Positions 1 through 12,892 of a stretch of DNA of 64,000 bases are shown here, in pieces. The stretch is taken from NCBI GenBank assembly GCA_040954595.2, contig CM082590.2, positions 11,096,555-11,160,554 on the forward strand, in the 5' to 3' direction. The notes under the pieces were generated by a model. The model did not search any database and had not been told where the DNA came from. It saw only the letters and a program-made list of their open reading frames with translations. Each line of letters begins with the position of its first letter. Position 1 is the first letter of the stretch. This DNA is from Balanoglossus misakiensis. Lineage: Eukaryota; Animalia; Hemichordata. Both the position numbers and the translations under genes were made by a program.

Positions 1-2160
1 CAGCAGACATCCTAGGGCCACAAGAAAGACGTAATCGTGTATGCATTCCAAAAGGTCGTGTCCGTAAATTCAGTTGATATATATATTTTGCAGAAGTGTA
101 TGTTTTACGAGTAATAATCACAATCTTAATTTCCCTCATTACAACTTGGATGTAAGGTCTTTGACTTGTTCCCTAGGCCTGTACATGAGTAAATAGCTCT
201 TCTTCTATAATATAATCTAACGTGTAGTATTATTTTTTCTCTTGCCAGTTCTAATTTTTTCTCAAGGCATTGCAGACTTTTTTTCCGCACGTACACTCTG
301 CCAGCAATTTTTTTCCACCCCCATCCCAAAAAATCAAATGTTCTCCCCTAAGCCGCTGTGACACTGATCAATTACAACGCATCTCGTGTGTTTCACGAGA
401 TTTACGGTGCGACTTAATTATAAAATATTGTAATTGGGGTCTCGCGAGAAATCTGCAAATTATTAGAAGCCTAAGTAGGCCCAGTGCTGCACAGTAGCTC
501 CTGTATGTCAACGTTGATTGATTGCTGATCAGGTATGTTCAATCGATACCTGTAGCGCTGGACATTACAGATTCATCCCGATGGCCACAATCAGCCATTT
601 CCGATGCAATTGATGTCAGAGAGTAATCTATCTGGGAACTCTTCGCGAGACTACACTGAAGCTTTAGAATTAAGAAATAGAGCCGTTGAAATTGCCTGTT
701 CACGCCTCTCGGACAGTCAAGCGGGTAGTGGTTGCCTTGCTGAAAGTTTGAACCGTCACCTTTGAATTTAATGTTAGTCCAGATTAGTGACCACAACGTA
801 GAGATGCGGATGCGTTTATTTTTCCGAAACCTGAAGCTCCTTTCAACTGAAGTGTTGTCCAATCATCACATTTGCGCAGTTGACATTATCGATTTGTGAA
901 CTGAAAAGTGTGAAGCGTGAAATTCTCTGTTAATGGAAATCACTATAAACATCTTGACAAATGACGCACCAATCAATTATGTAAATCAGCTCTTAATGAC
1001 GCCATTTATCAAAGGAGGTGTAATTAATAACTATTTGGTTGGATTTAGGCCCGTTATTTATTATTTTACTTTGATGATATATCGATTGCAATGTCATTAA
1101 TTTCTCTTGGACAATCAATTCTAGGAATAGCTGAAGACACTGATAAAGTATTTGCATATTTAGATAATATGTCTTGGTCACACTGTCATTATCAGAACAT
1201 TTCCTTTCTAATTGGTCAACAGAAATTCATATCCTAACGTCGTCTTTTGAAATTGGTAATTTGTCGCTCAGACTTGATATAGCCATAACTCAGTTGTACA
1301 GTATACGCCTTGATATAAACGCGTGTTCATTAATTTGGGCCTCTTTGAGGTCACTCTTATGCAAATAAACACCAGATAACTTCAACTCATGTATTTGAAA
1401 TTGCAGAGGTGAATATTTAATCAACCGAATCGCATAGCCATAGGATACCCTCAATCAATGCACATGTTAAAATAAATCTTTCAACAAAAATGTCTTACAA
1501 ATGAATGCCATGTGTGAATAAAATATTTGTCACAGCAAAGACAATTATTAGAAGTATTTTTCGATAAGCATCACTCAAAATTACTTCCATAGCACTTGAA
1601 AAAATGTGTTCCCCACATGGATTCAGGAATTTGATAATGAAGTAGATATTTTTTTGTTTCTCTCTACGTCAGAACATTTTAGGTTTGGGTGGGATCGAGG
1701 CAGATTTGATGGATTGGCCTTTTGACAGAAAATACCACATTTTGGCCAATAATTTTAAACATTACTTATTTATTTCGCCCTTTGCGTATTGAGGACAAAT
1801 CTTGTAGCCTACACAAGGTCAAACTTGTTATAGCAAGTTAATAGATGAACCAGAAACTGTAATCTATTTCGAACATACATATATCTGGAACAATAAATAT
1901 GCAATTAACACTCACGAAATGACATGTACAAGGTAATTGAGTTGCCCCAGAAACTAACATGTGCAGCGTTACCGGGTTGTTTGGCAAACACCGTCATTGC
2001 GTTGCATGAATGCATGAATACAGGCATAGGGGACACCCGACATGCTGTAGGCTATACACATCCGTAATTTGAACAGAATAACACAGAATTCCACAGAGTT
2101 ATGTAACTTGCCAATATATTCCAGCGGACTATTTTGTTTGACCGGCCAGGTGGCAACAAT

Positions 2161-3591
2161 TCACATGCTGGATTCACGGTCTCGTTTCTTTACACAATTC
2201 TTCGAGTTCGAATTTATTTGCGGAACCATCGGTGTCGTTGAGTTTGGTTCTTGGCTGGCGATTTCCGTTTCCACTTTGTCGTTACCCGCATTATCACTTT
2301 TGGAAGTGCATGACGCTATCTTGCCAATAAAACTGACACTGGTAGTGGTTGACGTTTTCGCTTTCTGTCGAATCCTTGTTGAGGTATCGTCAGAAGAACT
2401 GCCGTGAAATTCACTCACTTCTGATCTTGTACTCACGCTTCTCATGTATGTCTCGTAATCTCTCCCATCAAAACAACAACAGCAAAGTTTCCCAGCCAGA
2501 CAGCGCGCCACTGTGGAATCCTCATGGCAACAGAAGATGATTCTCAGCAAATTATAGCGAAAATCTCGCGAATAGTAACTGTAAATGTAAGGGTTGATCG
2601 CACTGCCGAGAAACATAAACCACGTCACCATTGCGTACATGAATAAGATGTTATCTCGGTGCATGTTCCCACCAAATGCAGCGAAACCAAGAAAAGTGAT
2701 GTAGGGAACCCAGCAGACGACGAAAACTATCAAAATACACAGCATCATTTTGGCGATTTTCTTTCGTTTGTCCATTTGCTTTTTAGACGCGTGCGTCTTC
2801 TCGAAGTATTCCATGCTTTTGTAGAGATTGTAGAAGACTCTGGAATATGCGACGATTATGCATGTGAGGGGAACCGTCGCGAAAATTAAAAACAAGTAGA
2901 CGTAATAAAGATCACCGAGTACGGAATCAGTTGCCATGACATATACGCAGAGCGCGCGGACGTCACCGTTTTCTGCCGACTCCAAGTCGTGGGCCACTTT
3001 GATCACGTTGACGGTGTTGACCATCATCCCGACGAGCGGGAAGAGGGAAACAGCGCAGAGAATCCAGATGACGACGACGACTAATCGTGCCCGGTTTATC
3101 GTACAGACTCTCTGGTATTTGAATGGATGGCAGATAGCTATGTAACGCTCCAGGCTAATAGCAAACATGGTCCATACCGAGCAGGCTCCGAACACGATGG
3201 TGACATAGGTGCCCGCGCTGCAAATCGATTCCGATGCATTCTGGAGCTCTTCGGAGATAGATAAGTTTATAAACAACAGTTTTATCAAAGGGGCATCGAC
3301 TAATACCCGATACAGGTCACACAACGCGAGGTTGATGATGAACACCGTGTACACGGCCGTTCGTCGACGTCTCTGACAACCTGTGACCAACACGACCAAG
3401 TTCCCGATAGTCCCAACGACAATCACCAAGATGTAAGCACACACAATGAGAGCCCGGACCCACGGGTACTTAGTCCAGTCGTCGACGATTCGAATGTCGC
3501 TGCCATCGGAAGCACCCGTGTCGTTTGAAAATAGATAGGTGTAGTTGTCTTGAAATGTGCTATCGTTGTACGTGTAATAGGTAGACTCCAT
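2161..3591 (-). CDS. Intronless rhodopsin-like (class A) GPCR, probably a peptide receptor, 476 aa
   Basis: Seven hydrophobic segments. Motifs: GN in TM1, NLALCD in TM2, ERYIAICHP (DRY variant), CWVP in TM6, NPYIY (NPxxY). N-terminal N-glycosylation sequons (NDS, NYT, NDT) and a Cys cluster in the C-tail. Ligand not assignable. Confidence 0.93.
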   Translation of the reverse strand: MESTYYTYNDSTFQDNYTYLFSNDTGASDGSDIRIVDDWTKYPWVRALIVCAYILVIVVGTIGNLVVLVTGCQRRRRTAVYTVFIINLALCDLYRVLVDAPLIKLLFINLSISEELQNASESICSAGTYVTIVFGACSVWTMFAISLERYIAICHPFKYQRVCTINRARLVVVVIWILCAVSLFPLVGMMVNTVNVIKVAHDLESAENGDVRALCVYVMATDSVLGDLYYVYLFLIFATVPLTCIIVAYSRVFYNLYKSMEYFEKTHASKKQMDKRKKIAKMMLCILIVFVVCWVPYITFLGFAAFGGNMHRDNILFMYAMVTWFMFLGSAINPYIYSYYSRDFRYNLLRIIFCCHEDSTVARCLAGKLCCCCFDGRDYETYMRSVSTRSEVSEFHGSSSDDTSTRIRQKAKTSTTTSVSFIGKIASCTSKSDNAGNDKVETEIASQEPNSTTPMVPQINSNSKNCVKKRDRESSM

Positions 3592-4630
3592 TCTGGTACC
3601 TTGGAAACCACTATTGTCAATTCACAAGTGCTGTCCTTACACCAGAAACCATATGTCAATCCACAGTGGGCCATAAAAGATAATAGAAGTCTCCTCTGTC
3701 GATCAGCTTGCTGGAGTGACCACAAGCTCTTACATGTCCGCTCGCATTTCCTTCACACGCCGCCCACCTCATTAATAATTAAAATCCCTCCACTTCAATC
3801 TGATGACGACACTGAAGGAGTGAGACGAATCTAATCTCTTAACTGGGTTGAATTGATAACAAACTAAGTAACACCGTATCTGGAACACACAGGCATTCGC
3901 TACTATGATGCTACGTATTGCAAAATCTCGGAGGTCCAATTTAGACCTATAATATTCAGAATTCATTCTTGTGTACTCTGTGAATCTTGCATCACGTGAT
4001 GATCTGTATTGTGTTCTTATTTTCAAGATAACATTCTCTTCATGGCAAAACATCTCATCCTTTATTTCTAATCTGTAGACACACGTACATGTACTTGACT
4101 ATCAATAAAGCAGGTTTTGTATCGTATCAATATTGTACCATGATTTATTGTCTCAAAACCATATAAATCCAGGCTCAAGTCCGATATTGTAAAATATAGG
4201 TCGCATTATAAGAGCTATGAAATGACGCAGGCTTAATTATTTCAGTCGATAAATTATCACTCAAGTGACTTTCTGTTTGGATATGAAGAACATTTGTACA
4301 AGTTGATTTAGAGGTGAAAGGGCAAATTTGAAAATTGTCGGTACATACAAAAATACATGTATTACATGAAGTCTTTGGTTTCCATGACAACTTTATTCGT
4401 TCTATATGTGGTAATATTTTCATGAACAGTACTTGAGAAGGTATGAATTTAGAGAAAAAAAAACGTTTTAAGCAGTTGTAAGTTGAATTAAACCCCAAAG
4501 TTATAATCCGCCCGCTCGTGGAATAATCCTTAATTTATTAAAAAGTACAGTGAAAGTTCAGAAATATATTATCAAGCAAATTAAAAAAACTCGTGCAGTA
4601 TGTTGAATTTATGGTAACCATCTTATCTGT

Positions 4631-5998
4631 TTATTTACTTTCCCACTTTTGTACGACAAAAACATCCAAATCATTCTCAAACACTCTCTTGTTATCTCTT
4701 AGGTACGAACAGTCAGGAGACTTCAGATATTGGAAGACGTCTTGAAGAAGCTCGTCAGACACGTGACTCAACGTCTGATACGTCTCTGTGATGTAGTCGA
4801 TCACCAGACTGCCGATTTCGGAGCTCTTGAAACACTCGTCGATGAAGAGGTAAGATGGCAGTATTGTGTGTCGGAATTTGATGTTATGTTTGTCCAATAT
4901 CGTCTGGATGTCCCTCCCCGTTGAGTTGTCATGCCTGAATATGGGGAAGGAGTTTTCGTAGCGTTTGTTGAAACGACCCCAAGCTCTTGAGCCTGTAAAC
5001 AAAAGGTAGAACACGTTTGCTTCCTGTCTAAAAATATAATTACCAGGTCGTTATTTCATGTCACAGTTTATAAACATAATAAATGGTCTTCTACGCCATG
5101 TAATCAAATTCTGCCACATGCGAAAATACAATAACGCGTTCATGATCATTTAATATACTAGTAAGTTGAAGTATTGAACGTTGGTGGCTCTAGTCACTCA
5201 CCTGATACATGGATGATAATCATTATACCATTAAGGCTGAGGTGATTCTCGTATAGCTGAACGATTGTGTCTTCTATATCGTCAACGTAATACAAAACTT
5301 GAATCATGTGAATGACATCAAAGCGGCAGGGTTTTTTGTTTTTGCATGATTCCTGCGATTGGAAAGACAAATAACAATAAACAAGGACAATAACAACAAA
5401 GACAGCAAATGCAAAACAACATCTGCAAAAGCCAAGACAAAAAATGCGTGCGTTTTCAGGTAGACAGAGAGAGAGGGGGTCCCCTTTATATTCGTTTCCA
5501 AGATTGACTTACGAGATACTGATCGGATGTTTGTTGTCTGAGGTCACAGACAACATTTTCTAGTTCTGGATCAGTCTTGATGAGTTTCCGGTAGGCGTTC
5601 ATCTGCATGTTATCGGGTTCCAGCACTCTGTTGTAAATCCTGTTGTACTTCTTTGTCAACTGTTGCAGCATGCATCTATCCACTTCGCCTGTATCGGTGT
5701 GAAAGTCAATTAGATAGCTTTCAGTTATTGGAAAAGTGTATCCGCTTTGCCTAGAATCATATAATCTCTCTAACGTGCAATTAACTATTAACTATTTTCG
5801 TCTGTCAAACTTACCAGAACCACTACCGATTCCAAGAACTTTCACTGGTCCAGAAATCTGAGGCTTCTGTACGAGATTTAAGAGTCCATTCTGAAACCAC
5901 TCTATGATGACCTGTCGTTCGTCAGATTGTCGGATGAATTCTCTCAAGACATCTAAGGTCCGCATTGGATCGGTGTAAAGACTTCGCAGCGTAGTCAT
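4631..5998 (-). CDS. HNMT: Histamine N-methyltransferase-like SAM-dependent methyltransferase; 4 coding exons (~5998-5815, 5688-5513, 5352-5202, 4992-4631)
   Basis: Spliced product reads MTTLRSLYTDP...KVLGIGSGSG|EVD...NRVLEP...FDVIHMIQVLYYVDD...IIHVSG|SRAW...IDYITET...RVFENDLDVFVVQK. This is colinear with vertebrate HNMT (MRSLFSD, ILSIGGGAGEID, DFIHMIQMLYYV, DFLTET). GT-AG junctions are phase-compatible. Confidence 0.85.
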
Positions 5999-8584
5999 GT
6001 CGTCCAAGTTCTGCAAAGATCCAAGATGAGTTTATTGTGTCATTTAGTCTCTTGGCACTTTTTAATCAGTAATTGCACCAATGGTCTTGTCTCTATGCTT
6101 TTTAGGTTGGATGCTCTTTTTTATTAAAAAAATATAACAGTTTTTACTGTTTCCGTTCTATTTTTATGTTTTAAGTGTGTGGTGTTTTTTATATTTTTAA
6201 GTCTATGCGAGTGTATACTAAATACGTCTTATATCCTGACATACAGAAATAATAATCATCTGTGGATCCGTTTGCTTGGATATGTTTGGATCCGTTTGGC
6301 TATTTTTAAATCCCCGTTTGGGTCGCTGTTGCACCGTTCAGTTGAACTCTGTCTAAGTTTCAACATCGTGACATCCCCGTGAATTAGGTTACATGAAGTG
6401 ATTTACGGTCTCTTCTGTGTGGTAATGTAGTTGATAAACAAAAACGAAAATACACGAAAAACAGCCTGACGTTACAGATAGTGGCCCTTAAGAAGCAAAC
6501 ATAGGTGGTTAGTGTAACATCCAAACGATTTGAGAACTTCTTTTGTTTTGAAATCACAGTTATAGTTGATTAAAACGAAGCAAACTTGTCCTCCATATCA
6601 GACAAAAAAGACTTACATTAGAATTTCCTTTTCCCACGAAACCAGAGCAGTACAGAAGTGAAAGAAGGAACTTGCCCGGAAACTGTAGATTGTAACTTGG
6701 AATACAGCCTTCTTCACAATGAGATGTTTAAAAATCACGATAAAACGGGGACACACAATGCTTTACCTGACCCAAATCTAGTTTGACCTTCACATTCGAT
6801 GACTTCTTTCCTGCACCATCGTTATGTCGTCATGGCGATAGTCGCGTAAGCAGTAAACACGGCGCGGTCAGCTATGAGTCATGTAAACATCACAACAAAC
6901 AAATATGCGGGGTGAAAGTATGTTGGATGACGGTATAAGTGTGTCACCAGCTAACCACACGGAATGTCTTCATTATTTATATCAATGAATCAAGTGTAAA
7001 GGTAACAAAGTAAGAATTTATCTGTCAGCCATTTGCCATTCTGTCATACTCCTTAAAAAGTGATTTTATGTTTATAAAAATATAGTGGAAGTTTAACATT
7101 GCCACATCCCATCATATACTCGAGTCACTACGCGACATCCATCGAATTATGTGGAATATTATGCTTTAATCACGTGACTGAATACCAAATTACCCGTATT
7201 AGTCGTCGGTAATTCTATGAAAGGTCAGAAGTTTACACCTGGGTTCACCTGGAAACTCCTTCACCCTCGGTGAGGTTGGACCTCTAAAGAGGGCACTGGT
7301 GGTTTCTGCTTATTGGCCATGGCGTCTTTGTTGCTATTTTCAGTGCGATTGCTTGTTTGAATGGAATCACCCCCCTTAACGCGAATCACAAAAGAGAAAG
7401 GTCGCTAGCGTCTACTACCTGTGTGTAAGAAACCCGAGGTCGTGTATGTGTTCCACCCAAGGAATTCCATTGATAACTCACACCACATAATAAACACTGC
7501 GTTTTACTCTCTTTTCATTGAATAAAAGAAGTTAGCGTTGCGAATATAGTGTTTAGGATAATTTTACCATTACACTGAAAGCGTCAACGACTACTCCGTA
7601 TCATGTGTAGATGGTCTCATTTCGTTTTCTTGAACTGGCACCCATAAAATACCCGTCCATGCTGACAGTAACAGTAACACGGCACACCCGAACAAATCAT
7701 ATATAAGGGAGATGACGTCTTGAGGTTACCTAGGGCACAACCGCTTTCCTGATAGCTATGTCCATTCAAAACGCTCAGAATCGAAACTTTTGTCTTAAGA
7801 CATGTTTCTAGAGACACCAGTTCCTGGGGTGAGGGGAGGGATGCGCCCTATCCCCGTTGTGTTTGGTATGTTTTGGTGAAGCCACGACCGAACATTGTCT
7901 GTAGGGTGGGTGGGGCTGTTGCGATACGCTGAAAACGGCAATGAACAATTTACACTTAACTCGGACATACCTGTATATAGGGAATTCAGTATTCCACCGA
8001 AATCAGAGGAATCAACCAGAATAAGCACTTACCTTGTCAGCAGTGTTGCCAAGTGAGACAAGACCCGGACACTAGTTGTGATGACCCGACCAGGACGATG
8101 ACGTATCAGAAGAAGGCAAGTGAGAGTGGGCGTGCGGCCCTGGTCTCGCTTGGTTTCATTCATTCACATCACAATACAATGTTACATAGACACACTCGGA
8201 TCTGACCTAAAAAAAAAAGACCATGCCATTAAACGTACGACTCTCTTGCCTTGATAGTTGGCCCGAGTCTGTCAACCAAAGCGCGTTTCTTATTTCTCTG
8301 ACAAGTGGTGGGGTGGAGAAAGTATTGGGATTGAGATGGCAACTAAAGATATAAATGAGATTCTAGCTTTGCAGTCTTGGGACGTCAGTTTAGAATAGAG
8401 AAGTTTATATTCTGCACTGCGCACTAAGAGAAGTTGAAGTTGAAATACGATATTCAAACACACAGTTTGGTTGTTAAAGTTTATAACTTTATAATAAACC
8501 ACGCAGAAGAGATCTTGATATAGGAGAAAGTTACCCGGCTAAAGTACGGTTGCAAAGGTCAAACAAAGTACACAACATGCACGA

Positions 8585-10640
8585 TGTCAAAATCACCAAA
8601 GTTCGCAAAATCGCTGATTTGCCATTTTTGACACTTTTCATGAGCTATAACCCATGAAAAACATCAAAAACTGTCAAAATCACCAAAGTTCGCAAAATCG
8701 CGGATTTGTCATTTTTGACACTTTTCATGAGCTATAACCCATGAAAAACATCAAAAAATGACAAAATCACCAAAGTTCGCAAAATCGCTGATTTGTCATT
8801 TTTGACACTTTTCATGAGCTATAACCCATGAAAAACATCAAAAAATGCCAAAATCACCAAAGTTCGCAAAATCGCGGATTTGTCATTTTTGACACTTTTC
8901 ATGAGCTATAACCCATGAAAAACATCAAAAAATGCCAAAATCACCAAAGTTCGCAAAATCGCGGATTTGCCATTTTTGACACTTTTCATGAGCTATAACC
9001 CATGAAAAACGTCAAAAAATGTCAAAATCACCAAAGTTCGCAAAATCGCGGATTTGCCATTTTTGACACTTTTCATGAGCTATAACCCATGAAAAACGTC
9101 AAAAAATGTCAAAATCACCAAAGTTCGCAAAATCGCGGATTTGCCATTTTTGACACTTTTCATGAGCTATAACCCATGAAAAACATCAAAAAATGACAAA
9201 ATCACCAAAGTTCGCAAAATCGCGGATTTGCCATTTTTGACACTTTTCATGAGCTATAACCCATGAAAAACGTCAAAAAATGACAAAATCACCAAAGTTC
9301 GCAAAATCGCGGATTTGCCATTTTTGACACTTTTCATGAGCTATAACCCATGAAAAACGTCAAAATGACAAAATCACCAAAGTTCGCAAAATCGCGGATT
9401 TGCCATTTTTGACACTTTTCATGAGCTATAACCCATGAAAAACGTCAAAAAATGACAAAATCACCAAAGTTCGCAAAATCGCGGATTTGCCATTTTTGAC
9501 ACTTTTCATGAGCTATAACCCATGAAAAACGTCAAAAAATGACAAAATCACCAAAGTTCGCAAAATCGCGGATTTGCCATTTTTGACACTTTTCATGAGC
9601 TATAACCCATGAAAAACGTCAAAAAATGACAAAATCACCAAAGTTCGCAAAATCGCGGATTTGCCATTTTTGACACTTTTCATGAGCTATAACCCATGAA
9701 AAACGTCAAAAAATGACAAAATCACCAAAGTTCGCAAAATCGCGGATTTGCCATTTTTGACACTTTTCATGAGCTATAACCCATGAAAAACGTCAAAAAA
9801 TGACAAAATCACCAAAGTTCGCAAAATCGCGGATTTGCCATTTTTGACACTTTTCATGAGCTATAACCCATGAAAAACGTCAAAAAATGTCAAAATCACC
9901 AAAGTTCGCAAAATCGCGGATTTGCCATTTTTGACACTTTTCATGAGCTATAACCCATGAAAAACATCAAAAAATGACAAAATCACCAAAGTTCGCAAAA
10001 TCGCGGATTTGCCATTTTTGACACTTTTCATGAGCTATAACCCATGAAAAACATCAAAAAATTTCAAAATCACCAAAGTTCGCAAAATCGCGGATTTGTC
10101 ATTTTTGACACTTTTCATGAGCTATAACCCATGAAAAACGTCAAAAAATGACAAAATCACCAAAGTTCGCAAAATCGCGGATTTGCCATTTTTGACACTT
10201 TTCATGAGCTATAACCCATGAAAAACGTCAAAAAATGACAAAATCACCAAAGTTCGCAAAATCGCGGATTTGCCATTTTTGACACTTTTCATGAGCTATA
10301 ACCCATGGAAAACATCAAAAAATTTCAAAATCACCAAAGTTCGCAAAATCGCGGATTTGTCATTTTTGACACTTTTCATGAGCTATAACCCATGAAAAAC
10401 GTCAAAAAATGACAAAATCACCAAAGTTCGCAAAATCGCGGATTTGCCATTTTTGACACTTTTCATGAGCTATAACCCATGTAAAACGTCAAAAAATGAC
10501 AAAATTACCAAAGTTCGCAAAATCGCTGATTTGCCATTTTTGACACTTTTCATGAGCTATAACCCATGTAAAACGTCAAAAAATGACAAAATCACCAAAG
10601 TTCGCAAAATCGCGGATTTGTCATTTTTGACACTTTTCAT
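8585..10640 (+). repeat. Tandem satellite array, 87-bp unit, ~23.6 copies, each with an internal inverted repeat
   Basis: Unit: AAAATCACCAAAGTTCGCAAAATCGCGGATTTGCCATTTTTGACACTTTTCATGAGCTATAACCCATGAAAAACGTCAAAAAATGAC. First AAAATCACC at 8589 and last at 10588, i.e. 23x87 minus one 2-bp deletion near 9361. Confidence 0.97.
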
Positions 10641-10725
10641 GGGTTATAGCTCATTAAAATGGTGAAAAATGAAAAATTCGTGATTTTGCGAACTTTGCTG
10701 ATTTTGTCTTTTTTGAGTTTTCATG
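10641..10725 (-). repeat. Inverted, diverged copy of the 87-bp unit ending the array
   Basis: GGGTTATAGCTCAT is the reverse complement of ATGAGCTATAACCC. GATTTTGCGAACTTTGCTGATTTTG is the reverse complement of the AAAATCACCAAAGTTCGCAAAATC segment with one mismatch. Confidence 0.85.
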
Positions 10726-11389
10726 GCATAGCTCCAGTCGTTCACGGGTAATTTGTTTTGGATTACGTTCATTTTATTCGGACTATTGAATTGCATTTAT
10801 TGTCGGATATATCCTAAGCGACCATGCAACAATGCGAATCCACAACATATGTTCTTGGAATATCGTAGTCATTGATTACAAAAATGTAAATTGATTTCGG
10901 ACGAGGCTGTAACTGAGGTCATTCAAACATCCAGGGCTTCATTGCATTGGAGACTCCGTGGCGCTGGCTTCGCTTGCAGATTTCTTCCAGATAAACCACG
11001 CGTTGAGCCAAGATTGTGCATATGTATTATTCGGATGTAAGAGGTTAATCGTCTTGAAAATATTTGACCGGGAAGACAAACAAGGTGAGAAGCGATGTTA
11101 ATATCGCCGAGCTAGCTTGTATACAAATTACACTCGTGTTTCATTCATTCATATTGTGCGCCACGTCACCTCTGTTGGACAGACTGGTCGCTCGGAGTCA
11201 ATTTATCGATTTTTTTCTGCCGTGTGCTACTTCAGCGAATCTGACCTCAAACTACCTGCCCATCTCTTAACACACCCAATGTTGAATTTACCAATGCAAT
11301 GTATATTTCAATTGAAATCTACATCAGCTGTAAAATTTGGTTGATGTATTCTTAACAATGTTGAAGGTTTCCAGAGGTTTTGCATCGTT

Positions 11390-11722
11390 GCCATTTTTGA
11401 CACTTTTCATGAGCCATAACCCATGAAAAACATCAAAAAATGACAAAATCACCAAAGTTCGCAAAATCGCGGATTTGCCATTTTTGACACTTTTCATGAG
11501 CTATAACCCATGAAAAACGTCAAAAAATGACAAAATCACCAAAGTTCGCAAAATCGCGGATTTGCCATTTTTGACACTTTTCATGAGCTATAACCCATGA
11601 AAAACGTCAAAAAATGTCAAAATCACAAAAGTTCGCAAAATCGTGGATTTGTCATTTTTGACACTTTTCATGAGCTATAACCCATGAAAAACATCAAAAA
11701 ATGACAAAATCACCAAAGTTCA
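11390..11722 (+). repeat. Second block of the 87-bp satellite, ~3.8 copies
   Basis: Same unit with 87-bp period. Flanked by TGCATCGTT at 11381-11389 and 11723-11731. Confidence 0.95.
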
Positions 11723-12780
11723 TGCATCGTTCGAGGATTTTTTTAATAATATGCCATCGATGTGGTTAAATATCAATTTTGTATTTTTTGAGTGACAGAA
11801 TGGTTAACTTCGGGGGGAAATATTTCCTTAGTTTTAAATTGATTAGTAAAGCCCAACTATAAATATTTTTTTTTGACAACAATGCCATATGACTTTTCAT
11901 TTTCTTAATAAGTGACTGTTATTGAAAAAGAATCATGAAATAAGATACCAAATGATTGTTTTTTTTAACAACTTTCTATAGTATTGTACTAGAGGTAATA
12001 ACTGTGGTGTCAATACCAGATGGTATTGACACCAATTTAATTCATCACGCAACAAAGTAAAGACACTTTTAGTGAAAAACTCTCTTTATAACACATTTGA
12101 TTTTATTATTCTTAATTGTGGAATAGTTTAATTTCAATGCTCTTTTACTCAAAAATTGATTATCATAACATCACTGAGTATTTTCAAAAGCAGAGTCTGG
12201 GAGTTTCTGAAATGGTTTTGCTGACAAAAAAACTGTGGAGCTTGACAGAAATGAAATTCTTCACTGCGCTTGAATCTGCGGAAGGCCAAACTCGTACACT
12301 GTAAGAAAAAAAGAAACATTTAGGAAAAAAAACAGCATAATACTACTAATAAAAATAGTAAAAGAACTGAAAAACTGAAATGACTGGTAACACCATACAG
12401 CATTACAATAAACAAATATTCAAACAAGCATAGAGTCAGATAATTAAACTGTTTACCATCAAACATAATTTATAAGGGATTTTAAAAGTCATTACTTGAA
12501 AATATCACTGGTTTAAACGTGTCTCCCATATTTTTAAACAACTGTCTCCCATATTTGGATAATGTGTACTGGACACACAAGGAAGTCACTAAATGTGGCG
12601 GCCATTTTGAATGCCATAGACTTAGCACAGATGCCGGCGGCCATTTTGAACCTCAAATTTGGCGGCCATTTTGAAAGTCATAATGTAAGATAATTTTTAC
12701 AAGACCCCACCCCCAATTTAATGAGTAAATGAACAGTTATTTTGGGCAATAAATGAATAATCTAAAGTAGCTCTGGGCCA

Positions 12781-12892
12781 ACATTTTTGGACTTTTTCAT
12801 GAGTTATAGCTCATGAAAATTGTCAAAAAATTACAAATTCCCGACTTTGTGAACTTCAGCAAATTTATCATTTTGGGACATTTTTCATTGGT
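12781..12892 (-). repeat. Degenerate inverted copy of the 87-bp satellite (~1.3 units)
   Basis: TTTTTCATGAGTTATAGCTCATGAAAATTGTCAAAAAA followed by GACTTTGTGAACTT, matching the unit on the minus strand. Confidence 0.75.

Noticed and set aside
6700-8200. Donor-like sites and a GC-richer patch upstream of the HNMT-like gene
   Set aside because: Could be non-coding exons or TE debris, but no coherent reading frame or recognisable element.
8585-10640. Palindromic repeat array as a CRISPR array
   Set aside because: The sequence between palindromes is essentially identical in every unit (no unique spacers), there are no cas genes, and the context is eukaryotic.
10444-10665. 73-aa ORF with a 29-aa repeat
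   Set aside because: By-product of the 87-bp unit; most units carry a TGA in this frame.
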